Shown: positions 48,710-57,594 of the stretch, in pieces
Position numbering within the stretch: position 1 is the first letter of the stretch
How the letters are laid out: the number at the start of each line of letters is the position of its first letter
Source of the DNA: Candidatus Eiseniibacteriota bacterium
GTDB lineage: Bacteria; Eisenbacteria; RBG-16-71-46
Length of the DNA stretch: 64,000 bases
Assembly: GCA_963717505.1 (NCBI GenBank)
Contig: OY970342.1
Coordinates: forward strand, 608,001-672,000
Reading direction: 5' to 3'
The notes under the pieces: model-generated
What the model saw: the letters and a program-made list of their open reading frames with translations, nothing else
The model's database searches: none
Told to the model about the DNA's origin: nothing
Program-made: the position numbers and the translations under genes

Positions 48710-50251
48710 CTATTCGGCCCTCTTGATCCCGAGCGACTTCATGCGGTAGCCGAGCGTGGTCGGCTTGAGCCCCAGAAGGGCGGCGGCGCCGTTCGGGCCC
48801 GACACCTTCCAATTCGCGCGCTCGAGCGCCCGGACGATGTTCGCACGTTCGCGCTGCTCGAACTCGGCCGCCGTCAGGAACTCGGCGGCTGGAGCCGCGG
48901 CCTCGCAGGGCGGCACCTCCGCGTTGGCATCGAGGCCGGACTTGATCACCGGCGGATCGAACCACAGGCGCTTGCCTCGGGCCAGGATCACCGCGCGCTC
49001 GATGACATTGCGCATCTCGCGCACGTTGCCCGGCCAGTCGTACGCGAGCAGAGCTTCTGCCTGGGAGCGGGCCAGGGTCAGGCGCTCCCGATCCAGCTCG
49101 CGGCAGGTCAGCGCGATGAAATGGTTGGCGAGCGGCAGGATGTCTTCGCGACGCTCCCGGAGGGGCGGCACCTCGATCGGGAACACGCTCAATCGGTAGA
49201 AGAGATCCTCGCGAAACCGGCCGCGCTCGACCTCGTTCCTGAGGTTTCGGTTGGTGGCGGCAATGATCCGGACATCCGCCTTGCGCGTCCGCTCCTCGCC
49301 GACGCGCTCGAACTCGGCTTCCTGAACCATGCGCAGCAGTTTCCCTTGGAGCTCCAGGGGAATCTCGGCGACCTCGTCGAGGAACAGGGTTCCGCCGTCG
49401 GCCAGCTCGAACCGACCGACACGATCCCGGTGGGCGCCGGTGAACGCGCCCCGTACGTGACCGAAGAACTCGCTCTCGAACAACTCGCGGGGGATCGAAG
49501 CGCAATTCACCTTGACCAGGGGCCGCTCGCGTCGCGGACTGTGATCGTGGATGGCACGCGCCAGCAGCTCCTTGCCCACGCCCGATTCTCCGAGAATGAG
49601 CACGTTCGCCTTGGTGGACGACACCGCTTCCGTCTGCGCGAGCACCCGGCCGAGTGCCGGGCTGTGGCCGACGATCTCGCCCAGGCGGAAGGTGTGATTC
49701 ACTTCTTCTCTCAGATAGTCGCGTTCGAGCTCGAGGGCTTCCTTGAGGCGGGCGATCTCTTCGAACGCGCGCTGCTTCTCCTGTTCGGCGCTCACCCGCT
49801 CGGTGATGTCGCGGCCCACCGCCAGGAAGCCCGGCTTGCCGCCGACGTTGATCGTCGAGGCAGACATCTCGCAAATGCCCCTTCGTCCGGAGCGGTGGAT
49901 GTAGACCGTCTGGAGACCGCGAACGGAGCCCTTCTCCTGGAGTTCCTTCATCAGCTTGACCCGGGTGGTCGGGTCGTCCCAGAGCTTGAGCTCGTACGCC
50001 GTCTTCCCGATCACTTCCTCTCTCGAATAGCCGATCATCTCGAGGAAGCCGTCGTTCACCTCGAGAAACTTGTTGTCCTCGAGCAGCGAGATCGTGATGC
50101 CGTCGGGACTGGCGTGAAATGCCTTCGAGAACTTCTCCTCGGACAGCCGGAGAGCAGCCTCGGCATCGACCCTCGCGTCCACGGCAATAGCGCCGGGCAT
50201 CGCGGGTGTGTTTTCCGGCCGCAGCCCGACCATCGCGTCGTTTCCAGTCAT
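48710..50251 (-). CDS. PAS-domain sigma54 enhancer-binding protein (FhlA-like) with Fis-type HTH
   Basis: PAS domain; [34 protein letters not shown]; C-terminal HTH; GGAGG SD. Confidence 0.93.
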   Translation of the reverse strand: MTGNDAMVGLRPENTPAMPGAIAVDARVDAEAALRLSEEKFSKAFHASPDGITISLLEDNKFLEVNDGFLEMIGYSREEVIGKTAYELKLWDDPTTRVKLMKELQEKGSVRGLQTVYIHRSGRRGICEMSASTINVGGKPGFLAVGRDITERVSAEQEKQRAFEEIARLKEALELERDYLREEVNHTFRLGEIVGHSPALGRVLAQTEAVSSTKANVLILGESGVGKELLARAIHDHSPRRERPLVKVNCASIPRELFESEFFGHVRGAFTGAHRDRVGRFELADGGTLFLDEVAEIPLELQGKLLRMVQEAEFERVGEERTRKADVRIIAATNRNLRNEVERGRFREDLFYRLSVFPIEVPPLRERREDILPLANHFIALTCRELDRERLTLARSQAEALLAYDWPGNVREMRNVIERAVILARGKRLWFDPPVIKSGLDANAEVPPCEAAAPAAEFLTAAEFEQRERANIVRALERANWKVSGPNGAAALLGLKPTTLGYRMKSLGIKRAE

Positions 50252-50320
50252 TGCCCCTCCCCAAAGAACCTCAGATTCGACCCGCCTTGGATGTCGGTCG
50301 AGGGCCTCAGCCTCATGGTT

Positions 50321-50376
50321 TGACGGATTTTTGTCAGAGGGCTCGCAGAAATCTGCGGATTGGCGGAATCCTGCCA
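50321..50376. promoter_or_regulatory. Three tandem imperfect palindromes, putative activator binding sites (UAS)
   Basis: TGACGGATTTTTGTCA (50321), CGCAGAAATCTGCG (50344), TGGCGGAATCCTGCCA (50361). Confidence 0.55.
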
Positions 50377-50432
50377 CCGGGCTCATTGGCAGATCACTTT
50401 TAACACCAACGACTTAGCGTGACGACACGCTC

Positions 50433-50447
50433 CGGCACGATCGGTGC
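50433..50447 (+). promoter_or_regulatory. Putative sigma54 promoter
   Basis: CGGCACGATCGGTGC (GG-N10-GC), 21 nt before ATG 50469, divergent from the activator gene. Confidence 0.6.
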
Positions 50448-50468
50448 GCTGGCGCAGGGACGTGAGTC

Positions 50469-50981
50469 ATGGCCGCCCCCCTTTCCCAGGACATGGAGCG
50501 TTTCCGATCGATGCCCGCTGACAAGAACAAGAGGTGCGACGAGCCGACGAGGGAAGCCCCAGCCGAGTCCTCCGTGCCGACCCCGGCTGGTTTCTTCGAC
50601 CCCGAGGGTCGCGCCCAGGAGGACCTCTCTTACTTCCGGTCCACCGACCCCGAAGTCCAAAAGATGATGAACATCGTGCGCGCGACTCTGGAGGAGAAGG
50701 GCCTGACGGTCATGGCCCGCGGCCTCACCGAGCGCGACCCGGAAAAGGTGGGGGGATTCGTTCCCTGTCTGACGGCTGAAGGGGCCGGTGAGTTCTACAT
50801 CGTGGAATGTGTCACAGGCAGGATGCTCGAAAACTCCCACCTTGCGATTCGGATGGCGATCCTGTCGCGACACAAACAAGCGATTCGGTGGTTCGTCGTC
50901 CCGCTCTCGCGCCTCGAAGAGGCGACCGAGCTCATGCGGTGGATCGGCCACGGCTGGAAGCTGGTTCCGATCGAAGTCTAG
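50469..50981 (+). CDS. Hypothetical protein, possibly a degenerate PD-(D/E)XK-like fold
   Basis: 170-aa ORF with coding-like codon usage; VGGFVPCL...YIVECVT...H...WFVVP pattern. Confidence 0.6.
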   Translation: MAAPLSQDMERFRSMPADKNKRCDEPTREAPAESSVPTPAGFFDPEGRAQEDLSYFRSTDPEVQKMMNIVRATLEEKGLTVMARGLTERDPEKVGGFVPCLTAEGAGEFYIVECVTGRMLENSHLAIRMAILSRHKQAIRWFVVPLSRLEEATELMRWIGHGWKLVPIEV

Positions 50982-50997
50982 CCCAGAGCACGAAAGA

Positions 50998-51020
50998 GGC
51001 TGCCCCGGGAGGGGACAGCC
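50998..51020. terminator. Hairpin between convergent genes
   Basis: GGCTGCCCC-GGGA-GGGGACAGCC. Confidence 0.45.
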
Positions 51021-51061
51021 CCTTGTAGGGTCCGGCACGCGGGCAGCGACCCGCGTGCCTC

Positions 51062-51436
51062 CTACTTGGTCGCTGCCGCGAGCACGTTGATGTTCTTCAT
51101 CACGTGCGTGTTGCCGCAGTAGCCGCTGTCCACGGTCAGCGTCCAGTCACCGCCCGCGGGCAGAACCAGATTCGCGGCGTATCCGCCCGCTTGCTTCACG
51201 GCGTGCGCGCGAACCTGTACGCGTTCCTTGCCGCGGGTCGCGACCAGCATCGGCTTGAGATCGTCGAGGGGTTGGCCCACCGCGTCGTGGACGGTGAACG
51301 TCACTGTGGTCGACTTGCCGGCGACCAGCTTGGGCGGCAGCGCGCTGACCTTGATCGTCGCGTGTCCACCGGCGAGGGCGAGCGGGGCGCCGAGCACGAG
51401 GCCGGCGGCAGCGAGCAGAATCGTGCGCTTGAGCAT
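51062..51436 (-). CDS. Secreted YtkA/FixH-like Ig-fold protein
   Basis: Signal peptide MLKRTILLAAAG...ALA; GGYAANLVLPAGGDWTLTV; GGAGG SD. Confidence 0.7.
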   Translation of the reverse strand: MLKRTILLAAAGLVLGAPLALAGGHATIKVSALPPKLVAGKSTTVTFTVHDAVGQPLDDLKPMLVATRGKERVQVRAHAVKQAGGYAANLVLPAGGDWTLTVDSGYCGNTHVMKNINVLAAATK

Positions 51437-51487
51437 GAGTTCCTCCGTCGAGTTCCGGCACGCCTCCATGGGCGCGCCACGTCGACA

Positions 51488-51514
51488 AAGACGCAGCAAC
51501 GTCGAGAAGTGTTA
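51488..51514 (-). promoter_or_regulatory. Putative ECF-sigma promoter, copy 1
   Basis: TAACACTTC-N9-CTGCGTCTT; both boxes identical to copy 2. Confidence 0.75.
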
Positions 51515-52522
51515 TCCGCGACCCGCCGGCGGATCCTGCGCCCACACCCGCCACCACTCGGCGTCGCCCAGGCCGAGCGCGTTCCACCAAAGATCCAGCA
51601 TGGCGCCATCGGCCGAGAGCACTCCGTCGCGGGTCACGCCCGGAGGAGGCGGAACCAGCGCCGACAGGCGATCGAATACGGCGCCTCGGACGTCGCCGCG
51701 CGTGCGTGCCAGCAGATGCCAGAGCGTGAGCGCATCGTCAGCCCGTGCGTTGGCCAGCACGGTGGCCAGCGCCGCGGGATCGGTCATCGCACGATCGAGG
51801 GCTGCGACCAACGCAGGATCGGCGTCGAGGAAATGCGGCAGTCCGAGATCCTCGCCACGCCGGGTGACGCAGCGCGCACCGGCGGGAATGAACGTCTCGC
51901 GCCCGTCGCGCTCGAAGCTCACCCAACCCGATTCCACGATCACGGTCGAGGCGCCGTCCTCCGCGACTTCGAGCGTGTAGACACAGCCCAGATCCACGGC
52001 GGCCGCCGACGGCGTGTCGACCACGAACTGGCGCGGCGGCGCGAAGATCAACGCGCGCAGCACGCCCCGATCGAGCGCCATACGCTGTTCCTGGGCATTG
52101 GCGCGCACCAGGCGTAGCCGCGACTCGGGCTCGAGAGTCACCTCGCCGACGTCGGCGACCTGGACGCGGGCGCGTTCTCCTGCCCGGGTGGCGAGCCGCT
52201 GGCCGACCGCCAGCCGGTCCGCGCGCGTGTCGCCCGAGGCGCTCTCCCATTCCACCGCCCACGAGGGGCCGGTCGGACGCACAACGCTCCAGATCACGAC
52301 CCCCGCGATGACGATCAAAGATGCCGCGGCGAGCAGCCAACCGCGGTAGGGAACCGTACGACGCGGCTGACCGTCGGGGAGACGAACGGCGGCCGGGGCC
52401 CCCTGCGGTTCCGGTAACTCGAGTGGCCGCCCGTCGTGCGCGAGCGACGACAGCGCTCGCTCGAGTTTCTCGACCTCGGGATCGGGCGGACTGCTGCGAT
52501 CCCACAGATACCGGTCACTCAT
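51512..52522 (-). CDS. FecR-domain anti-sigma factor
   Basis: MSDRYLWD N-terminus, single TM helix, FecR-like FVVDTPSAAAVDLGC; overlaps the sigma gene. Confidence 0.85.
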   Translation of the reverse strand: MSDRYLWDRSSPPDPEVEKLERALSSLAHDGRPLELPEPQGAPAAVRLPDGQPRRTVPYRGWLLAAASLIVIAGVVIWSVVRPTGPSWAVEWESASGDTRADRLAVGQRLATRAGERARVQVADVGEVTLEPESRLRLVRANAQEQRMALDRGVLRALIFAPPRQFVVDTPSAAAVDLGCVYTLEVAEDGASTVIVESGWVSFERDGRETFIPAGARCVTRRGEDLGLPHFLDADPALVAALDRAMTDPAALATVLANARADDALTLWHLLARTRGDVRGAVFDRLSALVPPPPGVTRDGVLSADGAMLDLWWNALGLGDAEWWRVWAQDPPAGRG

Positions 52523-53042
52523 CGTTCGCACCTCCGGGCGCCAGCCCCAATCGTTGCCTCAACAGTTTCATTCCCCGGTACAGGTTGACTCGGACCGAGC
52601 CTTCGGTGAGACCGGTGCGAGCCGCGATCTCGGAACCGCTCATCCCCTCGACCAAACGCAGCACCAGCGTTTCACGATAGGCCTCGGGCAGCGACATCAT
52701 CGCGTCGAGCGCCTCCCGCGCTTCGGCGCCGGGCGGATCGGCTGTCGCCAGGTCGTCGGGCACCGGCACCGCCCTACGCGTGCTGCGGTGATGATCGATC
52801 GCCTGGTTGCGCGCCATGGTCGCAATCCACCCCGGGAACGCGGCGGGATCACGCAGCCCGGCCAACCGCTCGAGCGCCCGAATGAAGACGTCGTGCACCA
52901 GGTCGTCCACGAAGGCCACGGGTACGCGCGCCAGGAGAATTCCGTGCACGACGCGAGCGTACCGCTCGTAAAGGCAGCCGAACGCCGCGCGATCGCCGGA
53001 CTGGGCGGAGCGCACCAGGTCGGCGTCGGGCGCGGAATTCAC
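52515..53042 (-). CDS. ECF RNA polymerase sigma factor
   Basis: GDRAAFGCLYERY, DDLVHDVF, LPEAYRETLVLR, EIAARTG..EGSVRVNLYRG. Confidence 0.92.
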   Translation of the reverse strand: MNSAPDADLVRSAQSGDRAAFGCLYERYARVVHGILLARVPVAFVDDLVHDVFIRALERLAGLRDPAAFPGWIATMARNQAIDHHRSTRRAVPVPDDLATADPPGAEAREALDAMMSLPEAYRETLVLRLVEGMSGSEIAARTGLTEGSVRVNLYRGMKLLRQRLGLAPGGANDE

Positions 53043-53110
53043 GCGCTGCCCCCAAACCCGGGGCAGACCGGAACGCGACGGCCATTCGAGCGCTCGTTCC
53101 GCATTGAAAT

Positions 53111-53137
53111 AAGACGCAGAACCCCTGCGAAGTGTTA
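53111..53137 (-). promoter_or_regulatory. Putative ECF-sigma promoter, copy 2 (autoregulatory)
   Basis: TAACACTTC-GCAGGGGTT-CTGCGTCTT upstream of the sigma gene. Confidence 0.75.
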
Positions 53138-53196
53138 ACCGTGGAGTTTCCGGGATCCATCCGGGCCGGGACATTCGGCGCCCGGGGTCGGCCAGC

Positions 53197-56007
53197 CTAG
53201 CGGATGATCGCGACCTTGGCGCTGCTCGCGGCCCCTCCGGCGGCGAGCCAGACCACGTACATGCCGCTGGCCAGGCCGCCGGCGGCGAACTCGACTCGAT
53301 GGGTGCCGGGAGCAAAGGTCCCTCGCGCGAGGACACGAACCACGCGACCGGTCACGTCCAGGACCCGGAGGTCCACCGCTTCGGCGCGCGCCAGCCGGAA
53401 CTCCACCACTCCCGACTCACGAATCGGGCTCGGAAACACCGGTCTCAACTCGAGCGTGTGCTCGATCGCGGCGGGCTTCTCGTCGACCGCGAGCGGAACG
53501 GCATCCCACACGACGTAGGCCCATCCGCAGTTCTTCCCCGCCTGCCACTTGCGGTGGTCGAGCACGGCTTCGGACCAGTTGGTGCCGTAGGCTGCGTCGA
53601 GGAAGGGCAGCATCCACAGGTCGTCGGCTTCCGCCTTCCAGCCGCCATACTGCGACTCGAGGCGGACCTGCATGGCGTAGGCGGCGCGGTAGATCGCGTC
53701 GTCCCCCGCATTCCAGATCGGCAGGCCGCGCCGTTCGAGAATCCGGGCCGCCATGACCAGACCCTGCATGTGCTCCCAGGGATAGTTCGTCACCTCGGGC
53801 GGCACCTGGAATGGGCCGCCGCGCTGCATGTCGTCGGGAATCAGACCGTCGACGTTGAAGCCATTGAGCTTGGCGCCGGGTGGATTGATCAGAAGCGGAT
53901 GCGTCGAATCGGCGTGCCAGGTGAGGTCATCGTCGTAGAACTGTCCGGGATTCGGACCTACGACCGCCTGGATCCAGTAGTCGCGGATCTCGACCAGACG
54001 CGAAGAGTCGCCGAGATAGCCGTAGATCGCGGCGATCGTGCTGAAGGCGTTCGCGCCCCAGTTGTTGGGCCGTTCCCAAAATGCCTCGAGCAAGTGCCGG
54101 TCATCGTCCCCCTCCCAGATCTCGGCCATGTTCCGCAGCCAGAACTCGAAGGCGCTGGTTCGATGGCCAACCAGGTCGGCGGCCAGAACGTAGGCGCCGA
54201 GCTCTCGCGCCCATGGGAGCGACCGGCCCGTCGGCTTTCCGCCGGCCACCAGGGAATCGCAGGCGCGCGCGACGATGTCCCGGTAGTGCGTGATGCCGGT
54301 CCTGGCGAACACGATCCCGGCGGCAAGGGTCGCGATGTTGTGATTGCTGTTCTGGTCGGTGATGGTCGCGGTGTCGTGCTCGGCGCTGTCGGCGGCGATC
54401 AGGACCAGCTCCCAGACCACGCCGCTCGTGGGCTTGGCGGCGAGCTCGGCCGCCGTGGTCCAGAGACCGGGCATGATCCCGAAGCTGTTGGCGCTCGAGG
54501 CCGACCCGGTGGGGCTCGTGACACGAATCAGTCCGAGCGAAGTCCCGGGTGGCATCGCCGCGCGCAGCTGAGTGTCGTTGTCGATCGTGAATGCGGCCGG
54601 GAGCGAATTGAACGTCACCTCGGTCACCGCACTCAGGTCGCTCCCGGTCACCGTGAATTGCTGCCCGACCGTCCCGGCCGGAGGACTGAATCCACTGATC
54701 GTCGGCGCGCGTTGCTGGATGACCAGTTGGGGCGGCCGGGGACCTTCCTTCGAACTGTAGCCGGCGATGTCGGTCAGGTTGCTGACTAACCGAAAGCTGT
54801 GGATTCCGTTGCCGGCCACGACCGCCGTGACGTCGAACTCGATCCAGGCGTCGGGCGTCACCGCGCCGGCAACCGCCAGCACCGGGCCGGTCGGCGATGG
54901 AGCGTTGTTCCAGTTGAGGAAGCTCTCGACCCACGGCTGCGGGCCGGTCGAGTAGTTGTTCGCGGACACGTGAATCTTGCCGCCATCGCCGCTCCCGTCC
55001 ACGCAGAACAACCGGATCCTGGCGCTGGCCACCGAGCTGACCAACCCGGCGACGTTGAACTTGAGCAACGAATGGATTGGGGATGCCCCGCCGCGCAGCT
55101 GGAGCTGGGCGTCCGACCCATAGTTGACCCCGGGATTCGCGGCTTCGACGCGCGCATCGTGCACCGGCGCGAACGGCAGTTCGGGCTGAGGCGGCATCAG
55201 GACGAAGTCGGTCGAGCTGATGCCGGCTCCCCAGACATCCGTGATACGGATCGGTCCGGACTTGGCGCCGGACGGAACCGTGGCCCGGATCTGCGTGTCG
55301 GAGTCGACGACGAAACTCGCGGCCATGCCGTTGAACGTCACCGCGCCGGCACCCAGGAATCCGGTGCCGGTCACCGTGACCTCGGTGCCGGAAACTCCAC
55401 TCGCCGGGGAGAACCCGCCGACGATCGGCGGCACACCGATCAGGATCAGCTGCGGCGGATTCGCGCCCTCCTTCGAGTGGAAGCCCGCGATGTTGGTCGA
55501 GTTGCTGGTCAGGGCGAAGCTGTACGTGCCGTTGCCGGTGATCGCCGCGGCGACATCGAACTCGACCCACGTGCCCGCGAACACCTCGCCGTTCTGATCC
55601 AGGATCGGCCCGCTGATTGCCGGCGCGTTGTCCCAGGTCAGGCCGCTCTCGATCCAGGGAGTCGAGGTTCCGAGGTAGTTGTTGGAGACCGCTTGGATAC
55701 GACCGCCGTCGAGGCTTCCGTCGTCGCAGTAGAGTCGAACGCGCGCGCTGTCGATCGGTCCGGGGACACCGGCGATCGTGAACTTGAGATAGCTGTTGAT
55801 GATCGTGCCGCCGCGGATCCTCAGGGGCGTGATCGAGCCGTAGTTGACGGTCGGGTTGGCGGATTCGACGCGCGCGTCATGGATGGGCACGAAGGTCGAC
55901 GCCAGACTGGAGACGGGAGAAGAGAACTGTGGGGACGCAACCGAGCCCGCAGGCAGGCTCAGTGCCAATACCGCGATCGCCGCTGAGGGTGTCGTGCGCG
56001 TTGTCAT
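53197..56007 (-). CDS. Secreted protein: DNRLRE-TIG-DNRLRE-TIG, alginate-lyase-like alpha/alpha domain, FlgD/T9SS-like tail
   Basis: PIHDARV...SKEG..PPQL twice; catalytic-like RPNNWG, DDMQRG, NYPWE; tail FPSP...LDVTGR...SGMYVV. Confidence 0.75.
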   Translation of the reverse strand: MTTRTTPSAAIAVLALSLPAGSVASPQFSSPVSSLASTFVPIHDARVESANPTVNYGSITPLRIRGGTIINSYLKFTIAGVPGPIDSARVRLYCDDGSLDGGRIQAVSNNYLGTSTPWIESGLTWDNAPAISGPILDQNGEVFAGTWVEFDVAAAITGNGTYSFALTSNSTNIAGFHSKEGANPPQLILIGVPPIVGGFSPASGVSGTEVTVTGTGFLGAGAVTFNGMAASFVVDSDTQIRATVPSGAKSGPIRITDVWGAGISSTDFVLMPPQPELPFAPVHDARVEAANPGVNYGSDAQLQLRGGASPIHSLLKFNVAGLVSSVASARIRLFCVDGSGDGGKIHVSANNYSTGPQPWVESFLNWNNAPSPTGPVLAVAGAVTPDAWIEFDVTAVVAGNGIHSFRLVSNLTDIAGYSSKEGPRPPQLVIQQRAPTISGFSPPAGTVGQQFTVTGSDLSAVTEVTFNSLPAAFTIDNDTQLRAAMPPGTSLGLIRVTSPTGSASSANSFGIMPGLWTTAAELAAKPTSGVVWELVLIAADSAEHDTATITDQNSNHNIATLAAGIVFARTGITHYRDIVARACDSLVAGGKPTGRSLPWARELGAYVLAADLVGHRTSAFEFWLRNMAEIWEGDDDRHLLEAFWERPNNWGANAFSTIAAIYGYLGDSSRLVEIRDYWIQAVVGPNPGQFYDDDLTWHADSTHPLLINPPGAKLNGFNVDGLIPDDMQRGGPFQVPPEVTNYPWEHMQGLVMAARILERRGLPIWNAGDDAIYRAAYAMQVRLESQYGGWKAEADDLWMLPFLDAAYGTNWSEAVLDHRKWQAGKNCGWAYVVWDAVPLAVDEKPAAIEHTLELRPVFPSPIRESGVVEFRLARAEAVDLRVLDVTGRVVRVLARGTFAPGTHRVEFAAGGLASGMYVVWLAAGGAASSAKVAIIR

Positions 56008-56233
56008 TGAGGGCGTTGGTTGCGCGGGCGGGCGACGCGTCCGGTGCGGCCAGCCTGGAACCCATGACAATAGACTGCCGAAAGGCGATTGGGGTAGAGA
56101 AAAAGCCTCGGGACCGGGGGACGCGGCCGAGAGCGAGTTGCCGTGGAGTAGGATAGGATGCGGGCGCCCGCTGCTGCCCGAGGCGATGAAGTACTACCAG
56201 AAGCCGTAGCTCCACCTCCCCATTACCTCTCGA

Positions 56234-57586
56234 TTGCCTCCGCTCAGGATCCGCGCCGTCTTCGAAGCCTGGTGGCCGCTCGCCGCGAGCTGGCTGCTGA
56301 TGGGCCTCGAGCTGCCGCTGGTCAGCGCAATGATGGCGCGCATGGCCGATCCGACGCTGAGCCTGGCCGCTTACGGCGGCGTCGTGTTCCCCCTGTCGCT
56401 GATCATCGAATCACCGATCATCATGCTGCTCACCGCCTCGACCGCGCTGTCGCGCGATCGTCAAGCGTACCGGCTGATGCGCGACTTCATGTTCGTGACC
56501 GCCGGCGGGCTCACGGTGCTCCACGTGCTGGTCGCGTTCACGCCGCTCTACGACGTGGTCGCGGGCCACATCCTGGGCGTACCCCCCGCGGTGCACGAGC
56601 CCGGCCGCTGGGGCCTCATGATCATGACCCCATGGACGTTCTCGATCGCGTATCGGAGATTCCAGCAGGGTGTGCTCATCCGCTTCGGGCGTTCCCGCAT
56701 GGTGGGGCTCGGCACCCTCGTGCGTCTGGCGGCGAACATCATCGTCCTCGCGGCCGGCTGGGCCATTGGCTCGATCCCGGGAATCGTCGTCGGCACCGCG
56801 GCGGTCGCGGCCGGGGTGATCGGCGAGGCGCTGTTCTCGGCGATCGCGGTGCGTCCAGTCCTTCGGCACGAACTGCCCGAGTCCTCGGCTGCGGGTCCGC
56901 TGACCATGGCCGCATTCCTGCGGTTCTACCTGCCGCTCGCCGTCACGCCCATCCTGTTGTTCCTCGCCATGCCGTTCGCGAGCGGCGCAATGAGCCGGAT
57001 GCCGCGCCCGCTCGAATCGCTGGCCGTGTGGCCGGTATTCAACGGTCTGGTGTTCACGCTGCGCAGCACGACCTTCGCGCTGACTGAAGTCACGGTCGCT
57101 TTGCTCGAGCGACCGCGCGCGATTGCCGCCTTGCGCGGTTTCACGCGCAATTTGGCGCTGAGCCTGACCATTATCCTGGTGATCCTGGCGGCGACGCCGC
57201 TCGGCGGTCACTGGTTCGGCCGCGTTTCGGCGCTGGCGCCTGAACTCGCCGCACTCGGAGCGATCGGGATCTGGCTCGGTCTGCTGCAGCCGGCATTCGG
57301 CGCCTACATGAGCCTCTATCAGGGCGTGATCGTCCACAGCCGGCGGACGCGCGCAGTCACCGAGTCCATGGTCGCTTTTCTCGTGGTCGCGAGTGCGGTC
57401 ATGGTCGCGGGCATCGCGCTTCAACGCTGGACCGGGTTCTACGTCGCCGTGGCCGCGTTCACTCTGGGCGGCGCTGCGCACGTCGGTTGGCTGCGCTGGC
57501 GCTCGCGCGATGCACTCCGAGAAGTGCTCGCGGCGGACCGCACACTCGAAATTGGAGCTTCAACCGCGCTCCCCCGGGGCCGATAG
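56234..57586 (+). CDS. MATE/MOP-superfamily membrane transporter (ANKH-like)
   Basis: About 12 TM helices in two repeats; WWPLAASW..MG.E.P....AR, LAAYG, FYLPLA; start codon uncertain. Confidence 0.7.
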   Translation: MPPLRIRAVFEAWWPLAASWLLMGLELPLVSAMMARMADPTLSLAAYGGVVFPLSLIIESPIIMLLTASTALSRDRQAYRLMRDFMFVTAGGLTVLHVLVAFTPLYDVVAGHILGVPPAVHEPGRWGLMIMTPWTFSIAYRRFQQGVLIRFGRSRMVGLGTLVRLAANIIVLAAGWAIGSIPGIVVGTAAVAAGVIGEALFSAIAVRPVLRHELPESSAAGPLTMAAFLRFYLPLAVTPILLFLAMPFASGAMSRMPRPLESLAVWPVFNGLVFTLRSTTFALTEVTVALLERPRAIAALRGFTRNLALSLTIILVILAATPLGGHWFGRVSALAPELAALGAIGIWLGLLQPAFGAYMSLYQGVIVHSRRTRAVTESMVAFLVVASAVMVAGIALQRWTGFYVAVAAFTLGGAAHVGWLRWRSRDALREVLAADRTLEIGASTALPRGR

Positions 57587-57594
57587 CTGATGGA

